From Rebecca billardiae RCC1528 (taxonomy: Eukaryota; Protista; Haptophyta): a stretch of 64,000 nt of DNA. The notes beneath the pieces are model-generated. The model made no database searches. It had not been told where the DNA came from and saw only the letters and a list, made by a program, of their open reading frames with translations. Positions within the stretch are counted from its first letter, which is position 1; every line of letters starts with the position of its first letter. The stretch spans positions 1,240,001 through 1,304,000 of the forward strand of contig OZ251230.1 in the NCBI GenBank assembly GCA_965240325.2. Direction: 5' to 3'. This document shows positions 21,733-32,564 of this stretch, in pieces. The position numbers and the translations under genes are program-made.

Positions 21733-23922
21733 TTATCGGGCTGGGCGCACGCAGGCTCGCACGGTCATGCTGTCGCCCACCTCCTGGGCGAGGATGCGCT
21801 GGCACGCGCTCGTTCGGTTTGCGGCGTGGGCGCGGGCGCGATCGTATGCGCGCGTGTCGCTGAGCACGTCCACTGAGGTGGGCGCCAGCCAGTGGGACGA
21901 TGAGCGCGCGGCGGGCGGTTGTGCGCTGAGCTCCGCGCCATCGAGGATGCGCGCGAGCTCGTGATCAGGCTCGCCGCGCGCGCGCCCGACAAAGGCCCAC
22001 TGCGTGCCGGGCGCAGCGCACGTCTGCGACAGCGTGCGCACGTGTGCGTGCAGCCGAGCGTCCCGAGCGTACGCGCGCTGCACGAGCTCGCGCACGCGCG
22101 GGCAGGACTGTGGGGCAAGGCAACGCGGGTGGTGGCTGAGGCGGCGGATGGGATTCTTGACGGCCATCACGCGCGCGAAGAGCTCGGGGAGCGCCTCGAT
22201 GGGCGCCAGCGCCGCGCAGCGCCGCGCGAACGCCCACTGCGGCACGAGGTGGCAGTCCTGCGCGCCCGGCTGCACGGCCTCGCGCTCGAGCGCCGAGCGC
22301 GCCCACGCCTCGAATGCCCCGCACTCGCACGTCGAGCGGTTGAGCCAGCCAAGCTCGAGGTAGAAGTGGAGCTCGGAGAGCAGCCGCTCGTACGGCTCGC
22401 GCACGATGCAGAACGAGCGGGGCACGCACGCCTGCGACGGCGTGTGCCACGTGCTGCACCAGCCGTGCTCCCGGCCGCTGCACGGCTCGGGCGGCAGCTT
22501 GAGCATCGAGCGGAAGCGTGCCGCCTCGGCGCCGCGCGCGAGGATCCTGCCGGTCTGGATCTTGCGCAGCTTCTTGAGCGAGGCCTCGATGGACGTGCCG
22601 CCCGTCTTGGGGATGTGCACCAGGCGCTGGATGTCCACGTCCGCGTCCGGGACCACCATCGCCGAGCACGGAGGCAGCCGCCCGGCTGGCAGCGCGGGCA
22701 GCGCCGGCCGCGCGGCCGTCGGCGCGGGCGCGCGGCCGGGGGCGCCGGCGGTGACCAGCGGCGCGCCGCGCTCGGCGCGCGCCGGCGGCGCCCGCGCGGG
22801 CTTCTGCGCGCTCCGCGCGTCGACGGCCTCGTCCGCGCGCCACGTGCCCATGTGCTCCACCGCGCGCCGCGCGAGCCTGCACACGTCCTCCGCGCTGGTG
22901 TTGCGGAGCACCTTGCCGGCGGTGCGGTACCAGTGCTGCGCCTTCTTGCGCGCGAGCACCTGCGTCAGGTCGTCGCGGAGGTACTCGAGCGAGTCGTCGC
23001 GCATCTGCACGATGTCGGCCGGCCCGGTGCCGGTCGGGCGGAAGCGCTGCACCACCACCGACGTGTGCCGCGTCTGCACGCGGTGCACCTTGCGCAGCAC
23101 GGTGCGCAGCAGCTTCTCGCCGTTGCGCGGGTGGCTGCCGTGCTGCAGCGCCTCCCACGCCACGGCCTCGCGCCCGAGGTAGCCGTTGAGCATCGCGCGG
23201 CGCGAGCCGTAGGCGAAGCGGTCGTTGATCCCGCCCCAGCGGCCCCACATCGGGATCACCACGATCCCCTCGTCGCGCTGCTTCGGCGGCATCCGCGCGC
23301 TCTCCGCCGCATGCTTGAGCAGGGTGTGTAGCCGGGCGGGCAGGTCGACGTCGCACAGCACGACCGTGTCCGCGCGGAGCACCATCACCACGTCGAACGG
23401 GGCGCCGGTCACGGCCTCGCGCGCGGCGATGAGGCGGCCCAGCCGCGAGAGCGAGTGCAGCGCGACGAGGTGGTTGCGCATCGACACGTACCCGTCCTGC
23501 CACAGGTCGGGCATCGGCTGGCTGAGCGCCTTTTGCCGAGCCACCACGTCGTGCCGCGCCAGTCCCTGGTCCTCCATCTCGAAGACACACGGGCGGAGGC
23601 GCACCACGGAGTACGGGTCGAGTTTGACCGTCACATTCACCGTCGGCGCGCTATTGCTCGGCCCGAGCCCCAGCGTGCCGCTGCGCGGGTCGGCGACGCT
23701 GAGCACGAGCATCGCGTGCACGATCACCTCATACACGAGCGGCGCGGCGTCGAGCACGCGGAAGACGTGGCGCTCGAGGCTGGGCAGAGTCGCCGCGAGG
23801 TTGCGCGTCACGAGGCCGAAGAAGCCGATGGCCACGCGCGGCACGCCCTCCTCGGGCGCCGGAGCACATCGTGCGGAGGTTGGGTGCGACGGGAGCCATC
23901 CCGCGCCGTCGCCGGCCGCCAT
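21733..23922 (-). CDS. Two-domain protein: N-terminal putative glycosyltransferase-like domain plus C-terminal sulfotransferase (Sulfotransfer_2-like) domain
   Basis: C-terminal LVHIPKTGGTSIE (5'-PSB), IVREPYERLLSE (3'-PB), DCHLVPQW and Y..D..L. N-terminal RVAIGFFG, FDVVMVLRAD and WGGINDRFAYG. Confidence 0.7.
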   Translation of the reverse strand: MAAGDGAGWLPSHPTSARCAPAPEEGVPRVAIGFFGLVTRNLAATLPSLERHVFRVLDAAPLVYEVIVHAMLVLSVADPRSGTLGLGPSNSAPTVNVTVKLDPYSVVRLRPCVFEMEDQGLARHDVVARQKALSQPMPDLWQDGYVSMRNHLVALHSLSRLGRLIAAREAVTGAPFDVVMVLRADTVVLCDVDLPARLHTLLKHAAESARMPPKQRDEGIVVIPMWGRWGGINDRFAYGSRRAMLNGYLGREAVAWEALQHGSHPRNGEKLLRTVLRKVHRVQTRHTSVVVQRFRPTGTGPADIVQMRDDSLEYLRDDLTQVLARKKAQHWYRTAGKVLRNTSAEDVCRLARRAVEHMGTWRADEAVDARSAQKPARAPPARAERGAPLVTAGAPGRAPAPTAARPALPALPAGRLPPCSAMVVPDADVDIQRLVHIPKTGGTSIEASLKKLRKIQTGRILARGAEAARFRSMLKLPPEPCSGREHGWCSTWHTPSQACVPRSFCIVREPYERLLSELHFYLELGWLNRSTCECGAFEAWARSALEREAVQPGAQDCHLVPQWAFARRCAALAPIEALPELFARVMAVKNPIRRLSHHPRCLAPQSCPRVRELVQRAYARDARLHAHVRTLSQTCAAPGTQWAFVGRARGEPDHELARILDGAELSAQPPAARSSSHWLAPTSVDVLSDTRAYDRARAHAANRTSACQRILAQEVGDSMTVRACVRPAR

Positions 23923-24059
23923 TGACGACTACGACTCGAAATCGTCGTCTCAAATCAGGCAGTCATTCTTCCTTCTGCATTCATGATCATCAGTGTCGTT
24001 TGGTCACACACTCACACTGATGGCTGAATCGCACTCTCACTACTGTGTGCACGTAGCGA

Positions 24060-24149
24060 CGGCGCTACCATCGGCGACGGCTTGGTGGGCGGTGGGCGTC
24101 AATCTCGCCTGCCTGAGCTGTGTGCGTCTCTTATTCTTAGTCAACTGTA
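24060..24149 (+). repeat. Dispersed ~100-bp repeat, copy 3
   Basis: Matches 3166-3268 with a small internal deletion. Confidence 0.9.
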
Positions 24150-24787
24150 CGGCCCTTGCTCGAGCTCACTCAGTCTCGGTTGACTTACTCTTAGGCCGCG
24201 TCTTGAGTCTTGCGCCGCCTGAGCCTGAGGCCTGGCGGATGACTCGTCATCATCACTGACACCATCAAATAATGATCTGCAAACAAATAGTATAATCGGA
24301 CGGATCAAAGATCCCACGGATCTGACTGATTGTGCCGCCATTTGTGCGTGGTGATGAGCCGCGCGCGGTCCGGGGCGGAGAGCACCGCACTCCGACACTC
24401 CGTCGTCCGAAGTCTGAGGCTCACCACCGCCGCCCGCTGAAGGGGGCCCGCGGGCCCGCACTGGTCATGGTGCTGACGTGAGACTGAGAGAGTGAGGTTG
24501 GGAACCGCCGCTGCTAATCGGGCCTACTCCGACAATTGCGTGTGCTAACCTAGTCATAACTGAGTCACTGGCATTGTTGCACTGCTATTGTGGTAACTAT
24601 TGCAGTCATCATTCACTCAGCTATAGTCTATACTACGCTGCGTCGCCGTCAATACGGTGACTACGGATCCGTGTCGACGACAGAGTCCATCGGCATCGGC
24701 GCGTCATTTACCAGCATGATTGAATCAGCAGTGATGCTTACGGAGTCGGCGGCGCCGCGCGGCGCGGATGATGCTGCGCGGCACGAC

Positions 24788-24819
<32 letters not shown>

Positions 24820-25583
24820 TAGTAATATATATAGTAGTTCGCGACCGACATCATAGTAGCTCATCAGATTAGACTACCGGCATTATATATCTGAACTATA
24901 GTCAGACTACTGTCTGTGAAGTTGGTCTGAGCCACTCAGTGTGGCGACGGTCTGAGTGGCACCGTAGGCCGGCCACTTTCCGGACTAATACTAGGGCACA
25001 CGCCAGTGAATCACGATATATATCGTCACGCGCGTACTCCAGGTATGCCAGCGGCTCGGGAAAGTGTAGGGTCGTACAGTATAACTATAAGACTGTATCG
25101 GCAGTCGGTGTGTGTGTAGTAGAGAGAGAGAGTAGAGAGAGAGAGAGAGGGGGGGGGAGAGAGAGAGGGAGAGAGAGAGAGAGATGCCTCTGAGCAGTCT
25201 TATGAGCGGAACAGCAGTCTGATAGGAGTATTGAAGCAGATATAGACATACTACTACAGTCTGAATATAGTACAGTGCTCACAGTGGCAGACGAGGGCAG
25301 TTCCGCCGCCACTTTCGCCCGCAGGAGCAGTCACGTACAGCATGATACGTCGTTCCGCGGATGCTCCAAAAGTGCCGAGCACGTGCTCACGCTTGAAGAG
25401 GATTTTGGTCCAGGTGCGCATTGGCATGGGCAGCGCCACCGGCAGCGTCGCGCGCGCGCAGCACGCGCTCGACCGCCAAGCTCAAACCACAAGTAGCATA
25501 TCGGCGCCCAAAGAAGTAGGCGCGGGTCACAAGCCGAACGCAAAAGCTCCACAAGAGCCCAATCGTCGTTGCGGGGCCTTGGG

Positions 25584-26144
25584 CTACGTCCATGGCCGGT
25601 TGGCAATGGTGCAGCTGATCGCCTCATCGAGGCAGCCCTTCTTCAGCTTGCGCACGAGGCACATCTGGACGGCCTGCAGATACTCGATGCCTGCGGCAGC
25701 GGTATTCTCGGTAGGCACACCCCACGACGACATGGTGAGCTCCGTGTGACTCATCGGGCACACGTTGTAAGCCGTCCAGGACCCGTTCTCCCCTGCAGCG
25801 AGCGGCTGCTCGACCGCTTTCCCGTTGGTCCATGCGCACCGCCCTTCGTCGGTGGACCACTCGCAGCAGCCGCTGTTCTTGTCCTCAGTGCACGCAGCGA
25901 AGCATTGATGCCGATTGCGAGGACCACTCGTGCCTCCCTCCCTGGTCATGAACGTTGAGAAGTGCGTCGAACCATCGCACCTGTACTGCCGGACACCTGG
26001 TGTTGGTTGGTACTCGCCACAGTCAGCCACCGCCGGCGCTGAGTCATCCTCTCCGAAAAGAGCTTGTTGTCTTCCCTCGCTCGCGATAAGAACTGCGACC
26101 ACTCCCAGCACAAAGCCCAAGGCGCAGCGCGAGGCCCGGGCCAT
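25584..26144 (-). CDS. Secreted cysteine-rich protein (PAN/apple-like)
   Basis: Hydrophobic N-terminus CALGFVLGVVAVLIA. Cys pattern CFAACTEDKNSGCCEWSTDEGRCAW. Confidence 0.55.
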   Translation of the reverse strand: MARASRCALGFVLGVVAVLIASEGRQQALFGEDDSAPAVADCGEYQPTPGVRQYRCDGSTHFSTFMTREGGTSGPRNRHQCFAACTEDKNSGCCEWSTDEGRCAWTNGKAVEQPLAAGENGSWTAYNVCPMSHTELTMSSWGVPTENTAAAGIEYLQAVQMCLVRKLKKGCLDEAISCTIANRPWT

Positions 26145-26334
26145 CGACGAGCTCAGGACGTGCATCCTTCGTGGAAGGGGGCCAACTCCGACCGTCATCT
26201 TGATGAGCCAGACCGCTGCGCTGCGGTGGGCAGGAAAAAGTAGCCTGCGCCGCTCGCGAGCGACTCGAGCGAGCTCGTCTCACTTTTGCTGATGTTTGCC
26301 AGCACCGGAAAGTCCGGGAATTCGTGAGCAAGCG

Positions 26335-27258
26335 ATGGCGCCACGTGCGAGCCGATGCATCGCCGAGCTGATTGTCGTCGCGATCACATGCCTGCGGCCC
26401 ATTGAAGGCGGCCCCGCGCCGTCGTCCTCGCGACCGCCATCGACACGCATTCTGGCCACGCGGCGGCACTTTGTCGCCTTCGCGGCGGCGACGCTTGCTC
26501 TGGATGCACGCGGCGCTCGTGCGGAGGAGCCGACGCCGCAGAGCTTGGACCGGCTCCGGCGCGCCGCTGTGGCGACGGGCGACGGGGATGTCGCGGAGGC
26601 GGAGCGCTTGACCAAGCAGGTGATCGAGCTGCAGCCTGGCTACGCCGGCGGCTACGCGGGCCGAGCCTCCCTGGCCGTGCAGCGCGGTGACTATGCAGCT
26701 GCGCTCGGAGACTACGACAAGGCGCTTGACCTGGGGCCTGCTGACGGTGAGGAGTCGTCCATCCGCCTCAACCGTGGATGCACGCTGATGGCGCTGGATC
26801 GCCCGTCGGATGCGATTGCAGAATTTGACCGCGCCCTGGCGCTGAAAAGCCCGTACCGCCCGACAGTGATCGTCAACCGTGCGCTCGCCCTGATGGACCT
26901 GGGCCGTGAGGGTGAAGCGTTTGAAAATCTCAAGGCGCTCATCGCGTCGCAGGGCCAAGCCGTCGAGCCGTACTGGCTGTTATATGCGCTGCTGCTTTCC
27001 GAGCGCGACGGCCTCGCCGAGGCCACCGGCCTCCTGAAGCGCGTTCAGCTCAAATTTGGGCAGGTGGACGACGTGCACGCCGCACTCGCCCTGGTGTTTG
27101 CGCAGGCGGGCAAGCTGGACGACGCGCGGGTGCAGTGGCAGCGCGTGGGCAACAAGAGCGCGTTCGAGAGCGCAGATCGCCTTGTGAGGAAGCCCAGGCG
27201 CTGGCCACGAGCCTCGGCGAAGGCGCTCGTCGGCGTCATCCCCAAGCTGGAGCCTTGA
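26335..27258 (+). CDS. TPR-repeat protein, predicted thylakoid-lumen targeted
   Basis: Signal peptide, S/P/R-rich transit peptide and twin-Arg RRHFVAFAAATLALDARGARA|EE. TPR motifs such as YAGRASLAVQRGDYAAALGDYDKALDLGP. Confidence 0.8.
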   Translation: MAPRASRCIAELIVVAITCLRPIEGGPAPSSSRPPSTRILATRRHFVAFAAATLALDARGARAEEPTPQSLDRLRRAAVATGDGDVAEAERLTKQVIELQPGYAGGYAGRASLAVQRGDYAAALGDYDKALDLGPADGEESSIRLNRGCTLMALDRPSDAIAEFDRALALKSPYRPTVIVNRALALMDLGREGEAFENLKALIASQGQAVEPYWLLYALLLSERDGLAEATGLLKRVQLKFGQVDDVHAALALVFAQAGKLDDARVQWQRVGNKSAFESADRLVRKPRRWPRASAKALVGVIPKLEP

Positions 27259-27723
27259 GTGTTCATCACGCTGCCTATTTACAACTCGTCGTGACAATCC
27301 CGTGTGACCCGTGACCGGCGTGACCGGGCCGCCGACCGCGCTGCCATGCATGTGACAGTTGTGACTAGATCGATATCATCGCCTGGCAGCGCCTGCTACT
27401 GACAATGGCGAGTGTCTGATGCGCTTTTCTGACGATCGTCATACACGTATACCACTGATGCCATCGCCATGATGATCGGCAGCAGCCATCACTACTCACA
27501 GTTCGGTTCGGTATGCCGCCGGGTTGGGGTAATACATAATAATCCCCATTTAATCCGAATCGCACTCAATCCGGGACGTTCTGCTGGTTCTGACGAGATC
27601 GAGCATTCGTCGTGTGATGAATCTAGCAGTGACTCCCGATCCGATGATGCAGCCCGGCCTGAGCTGCTGCCAGCATGGGCCCGACGCGCCATCCGACGAA
27701 GGGCGACTTGGTTCGGTCGGACA

Positions 27724-29533
27724 TCAGGGTCCTGGCACCTGCTCTGCGTCCGATCCTGCCGGCGGCGGCATGGCCGCCGTCTTGGACTCCGGCAGGAGAT
27801 CCTCGACGGTCGGAGGGGCAGCAATGTCGGCGGGCAAGGCGCGCGTGGCGCCCGCGAGGGGCCCTGCGCGGAGGTGATGGCGGAGCACACCCAGCAGCCG
27901 GACAAAGTTGAACACGAAGAAGCTCAGCCAGACGCCCGACAGCCCCAGCGACTTTGTCGTGATCTGCAGCGCAGCCACCATCGAGGCCGCGGCCACGGAC
28001 GAGAGGACGGCGATGGCGCCAAAGCAGTTGAGGCCCTGCATCACGCCTTCGCCCGCGAACACGATGCCGACAAGGGGCTGGAGGAGCGCGGCGAAGATGG
28101 CGAGCGGCTTTGCCGCGGCCTGCACCTCCGGCAGTGGCGAGAGCCGCGAGATGTGCGGCAGCAGCAGCAGCAGCATCCCGCCCAGCAGCGTGCCGAGAGA
28201 GCCGCCCCACAGCAGCAGCCGGTCCGCGGCGCACGCGGCCTTGGCCTGCCCGCCGTTGGGCTGCGAACGGATGCTGGGGATGAGCGCGGAGGCGGCGTTC
28301 GAGATGGCGAGGAGCGCGATCCCGCCGAGCTGCCAGAACTGCGACGTGATCTGGTGCGCCGCCGCCGAGACGCCCGACGCGTCCATGTGCGTGACGGTGC
28401 GCGCGACCACCAGGAACGCCGCCTGCAGCGAGACCGAGCGGAGCTGCACCGCGCCGCCGGCGACGAAGAGCCGCCGCGCAGAGCGCCACGAGGGGATCCG
28501 GCGGAGCAGCGACCACCTCGCCATCTTCCGCCGGAGCATGAGCGTGAAGAAGAGCGCGAACGACACCACGTCCGAGACCGCCGTGGCGAGGCCCGCACCG
28601 GCGACGCCCATGCTGCGGCGCGCGACACACGTGATGCGTGGGCGGGCGGGCAGCGTCAGCAGAGGCGCTCCGGCGGGCCTGCGCGCGTGCGCGCGCGTGC
28701 GCGCGCGCGCGCGCCGCGGCGGGCCCGCGCGCGTGCCCCCCCGCGCGCGCCGCGCACCCCATGTTGAAGATGAGGATCGGGTCGAGCACGCAGTTGATGA
28801 TGTTGGCGAGCAGAGAGATCATCAGCGGCGTCACGGCGTCCAGGTGCGCGCGGAAGACGGCGAAGCCGACGGCGGAGAAGAGCGCGGGGGCGAACGAGAG
28901 GCCGCGGCACGTGAGGTACGGCCTCGCCGCCTGGAAGATGTCCGAGCCCTCCGGCGTCACCAGCCGCAGCAGCTGGCGCGGCATCAGCTGCACGAGCGCA
29001 AACCCAAACATGCCGAGCGCGAGCCCGAGCAGCAGCGCCTCGCACACGCGGCGCGTGGCGAGCTCGCTGTCGCCCTTGCCGATGGCGTCGGCCACGATGG
29101 GGGTTGTCACCGACGGCAGGAACGCGATCAGCCAGAACAGCGTGCTGAACACCTGATTGGCCGCACCCATGCCAGCGAGTACGCGCGCATCACCCATGCG
29201 GCCCACCCAGTACACGTCGACCGCGCCGGCGAGCGGGAAGATGGCCAAGTTGATGGCCGCCGGTATTGCGAGTGATGCTATTGAGCGGTCCAGCGCGTCG
29301 AAGCGCGGCCAGAGTGGCATGGCACGCTTCACGCGCCTCGGCGCATTGGGCTCGGCAGCGCCATCGGCTGCATGCGGCGCTGGCAGGTCGGCGGCTGTGC
29401 CCGTGACGAGAGCGCGCGCGGCGCGGCGAGGCCGGACGGCCACGCCGAGCCCAGGCGCGCGCAGCGTGCGGGCATTGGCCAGTGGCACCGCCGTGGCGAG
29501 TGCGCACAGCAGCGCGGCTCGTCGCCACGCCAT
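27724..29533 (-). CDS. MATE (DinF-like) efflux transporter, probably plastid-targeted; 2 exons (29533-28758, 28612-27724)
   Basis: IASLAIPA, DVYWVGRMG, NIINCVLDPILIF..|MGVAGAGLAT, AAAHQITSQFW and FAGEGVMQG. GT-AG intron 28757-28613. Confidence 0.92.
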
Positions 29534-29679
29534 GCGAACCTAACGAGCGACCGCGAGGCCGAGCAGCAAAAGCGCGAGCGTCGGCTCTCGAAGGTTCGGG
29601 CTCGCCCGGATGATTGCCTCCGGCCACGCACGGCCGGACTCGTGTGCAGCGTCGAGATTTCTTCGAGGGGAGATTCAGC

Positions 29680-30525
29680 ATGGCGCGCCACGTCCACGTG
29701 CTTTTTGGAGCGCTGCTGCTCCTGCTTTCGGCGGCAGACGCCTGGCGCGCGGCGGCGCCGCGGGGACGCTCACGCGCCACTCACATCGCTCGCCATGCGA
29801 CCGCGCCAGCAGCCGCCCGGCCGCGCGCCATGTTCTCCGGCATCGTCGAGGAGATGGGCACGGCGATCGCATTGCGCGAGCGCGATGACATGAAGCTGTG
29901 GGATGGCACGACGGGCTCGGGGTGGGAGCTGAGCGTCGGCGCATCGGTAGTTCTCGACGACGCCACCGAAGGCTGCTCCATCGCCGTGAATGGCGTGTGC
30001 CTCACCGTCGTCGACTTCGACGTCGCGTCGGGCCGGTTCAGCGTCGGGCTCGCGCCGGAGACGCTCCGACGGACCAACCTCAACCCGTCGATGCTCTCGG
30101 ATGGTGACGCGGTCAACCTGGAGCGCGCGCTCCCCGCGGACGGGCGCAACTCGGGGCACTTCGTCCAGGGCCACGTCGACGGCGTCGGCGAGGTCGTCAG
30201 CCGCACGCCCGATGGCGACTCGCTCTGGATCGTCGTGCGCGCCCCGGCACAGCTGATGCCGTACATCGTCCCCAAGGGCTTCATCGCCGTCGACGGCACG
30301 AGCCTCACGGTGTGCGACGTGGACTATGACGCGTGCACCTTCTCGTTCATGCTCATTGGATACACCCAGCAGCACGTGGTCATCCCCAAGCGCGCAGTCG
30401 GCGGCCACGTCAACCTCGAGGCGGATGTGATTGGCAAGTACGTCGAGCGCTCGCTCTCGGGGCTGAGCGAGCGCGTGAGCGCGCTCGAGGAGCGGCTGCG
30501 GGCGCTCGAGGGCGGGCGCAGCTGA
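29680..30525 (+). CDS. RIB5: Riboflavin synthase (alpha chain) with bipartite plastid-targeting presequence
   Basis: MFSGIVEEMG, GCSIAVNGVCLTV, VNLERAL, GHFVQGHVDG, KGFIAVDGTSLTV and VNLEADVIGKYVE. Confidence 0.95.
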   Translation: MARHVHVLFGALLLLLSAADAWRAAAPRGRSRATHIARHATAPAAARPRAMFSGIVEEMGTAIALRERDDMKLWDGTTGSGWELSVGASVVLDDATEGCSIAVNGVCLTVVDFDVASGRFSVGLAPETLRRTNLNPSMLSDGDAVNLERALPADGRNSGHFVQGHVDGVGEVVSRTPDGDSLWIVVRAPAQLMPYIVPKGFIAVDGTSLTVCDVDYDACTFSFMLIGYTQQHVVIPKRAVGGHVNLEADVIGKYVERSLSGLSERVSALEERLRALEGGRS

Positions 30526-30788
30526 GCGCTGCGCCCGCGCGGCCCGCTGGGCTTTGATCGGCACACGAGTGCAGGCTCTGTCATCCGAAGCTCTCGAGTC
30601 GAGTCCGACCGAGTCTCGAGTGTCGAGACGGTCGTGCGCTGGATCTTAAAGTTCTTTTTTAGTCCTTGCGGGACGAAGTCCTAATGTGGTTTACTAATGC
30701 TGCGGCACGCGGCCCCTTCTGATACGTATGCAGCAAGCAGATCAGTATAGTAGCTGCAATGCCCAAGGTTCGTTCTAAATGATGCCCG

Positions 30789-30816
30789 ATATTATTATTA
30801 TTATTATTATTATTAT

Positions 30817-30878
<62 letters not shown>

Positions 30879-30889
30879 TTATTATAATA
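30789..30889. repeat. Compound (ATT)n/(AGT)n microsatellite
   Basis: Directly visible. Confidence 0.95.
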
Positions 30890-32172
30890 AAATGATTCGA
30901 CGATAATATTCGGGCTTGGGTGGCGTGAGGCCGTACTGAGTTCTCATCATGTCGATGTGCATGCAATGTTGCGTGATCGTGCTTGATGGCAGCTAGTCCG
31001 TAGTCGTAGAGTATCGAGTGGTCCCATCCGATGCAATGCGTGCTCCACTGACCTCACTCTGGCCAGGAGCCGGAAGGACGGAACGCCGTGGCTGCTTCAG
31101 TGATTCCGAGTGAAGCCTAATTAAGATACGACGCGGTTTGGCGGGAGGGCCTGTGCGGCAGGAGCAAGGGGAAGTCGGCAGACGCCATGTATATGCCGTC
31201 AATAATTATAGGCTAAAGTGGGTACTCGCTCAGCACCGAGCACAAGGTTCCTCGTCACTCCGATCAGTCACTTGTATTATAAGCGCACGTGCTTTAATGG
31301 GACGTGCATAGACCTAAGACCATATCGTCCCATGCGCACGTCCTGGCCGGTGCTGCATGAAGCGCAGATCGCCGCGAACACGGCGGGGCCGACGACGACA
31401 AAGGCCCGACAAAGGCGACCAAGTTTTCGTGGTCGCCACCAAGGCGGCAACAACTTGACGCACAAACACTTGCACATTTCGACACCTGGGCCAACCCCCC
31501 CCCCCTTCCCCGGCGGACTTCCCCACCGTACCTGGTATTGGCAAATACAACTACTGTATGGAGCGCTCCTTGGAACTTGAGCCCGGTTTGGCGCCCACGC
31601 GGCGAGGGCGACGACGGGAGTACACGTGGCCCGCGGCGGCGGGAAGCGCGCGGGCGCGGCCGAGAACGTCACGGTCCGGACGCCTCTCGCCAGCCGCGGA
31701 CGCGCACCGCGCCTCCTCCTCGCACGCTGCTAGCTTCATCCGGGGCCGTGTTTTGCTGCCGACCAGCTCAAGTTCCACGGCTGTTCAAGGTTCGGCTTGC
31801 GACCTCGCCGCTGGTGCTTGCAAGAAGGTACACGAGTTGGTCGAACTCCCGCGCACCCGCTCTGCGCTTGTCGACGCCCTCTGACGGTGACTCGGGGTGC
31901 ATGCGGGGCAGTGGAATGCAGTGGTTCGGCATTGACTCTCAGTCGTCCAGCGCGCAGGCCACGTAGCGCGGATGTGGTGCGCACATGCCCCGGTAATTCG
32001 GTCGCGGCATGTCTGCCTGGTCTGCCCAAGGCCTGCCGCACCGCGAAACGAGCGCTCAGGAGCGTGTACCGATGCCAGCCACGTCGAGATGGGGCGCACT
32101 TCGCTGGGTAAAATGCGGGGCTCAAGATCCAACGAAGGATCGATCGCGAGGCCTCCGGCATTCATTTAGATA

Positions 32173-32379
32173 CCGGCGGCGGCGCTACCATCGGCGACGG
32201 CTTCATGGGCGGTGACAGTTGGCCTGGCTGGTACTCTCCGCCATCGCACTCGCTTCAGGGCTGTGCCCGCCGAGTAACGATGGCGGCGCAGTCCGGAGGA
32301 GAGTACCAGACAGACAGTTGGCGGGCGTCAATCTCGCCTGCCTGAGCTGTGTGCGTCTCTTATTCTTAGTAAACTGTAG
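32173..32379 (+). repeat. Dispersed ~100-bp repeat, copy 4, interrupted by a 90-bp MITE
   Basis: Colinear with 3166-3268 once 32224-32322 (the MITE plus one TSD) is removed. Confidence 0.9.
32224..32313. mobile_element. 90-bp MITE with 16-bp TIRs and a 9-bp TSD (Mutator-like)
   Basis: TIRs ctggctggtactctcc / ggagagtaccagacag. TSD acagttggc at 32215-32223 and 32314-32322. The empty site is seen in the copy at 3166. Confidence 0.88.
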
Positions 32380-32564
32380 TGGGAACTCGTTTACTTTTAT
32401 ACGAATCGTCCGCTTAGGACGACCTACGAGAATGTGCGGATGCGAATACTACATCAACTTGAAACTCAGCATCGTCATTAAATATTGATCGACGAAACAG
32501 GCGACCAAGTTTCGCTGATGGTCGCCACTGCGCCACGACTTTGTCGCGGTTTAAGCCGCCCGCC

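Noticed and set aside
27724-30525. MATE plus riboflavin synthase as a flavin synthesis/export unit
   Set aside because: Divergent pairing is the norm in this window regardless of function, and no FMN riboswitch or other rib genes are seen.
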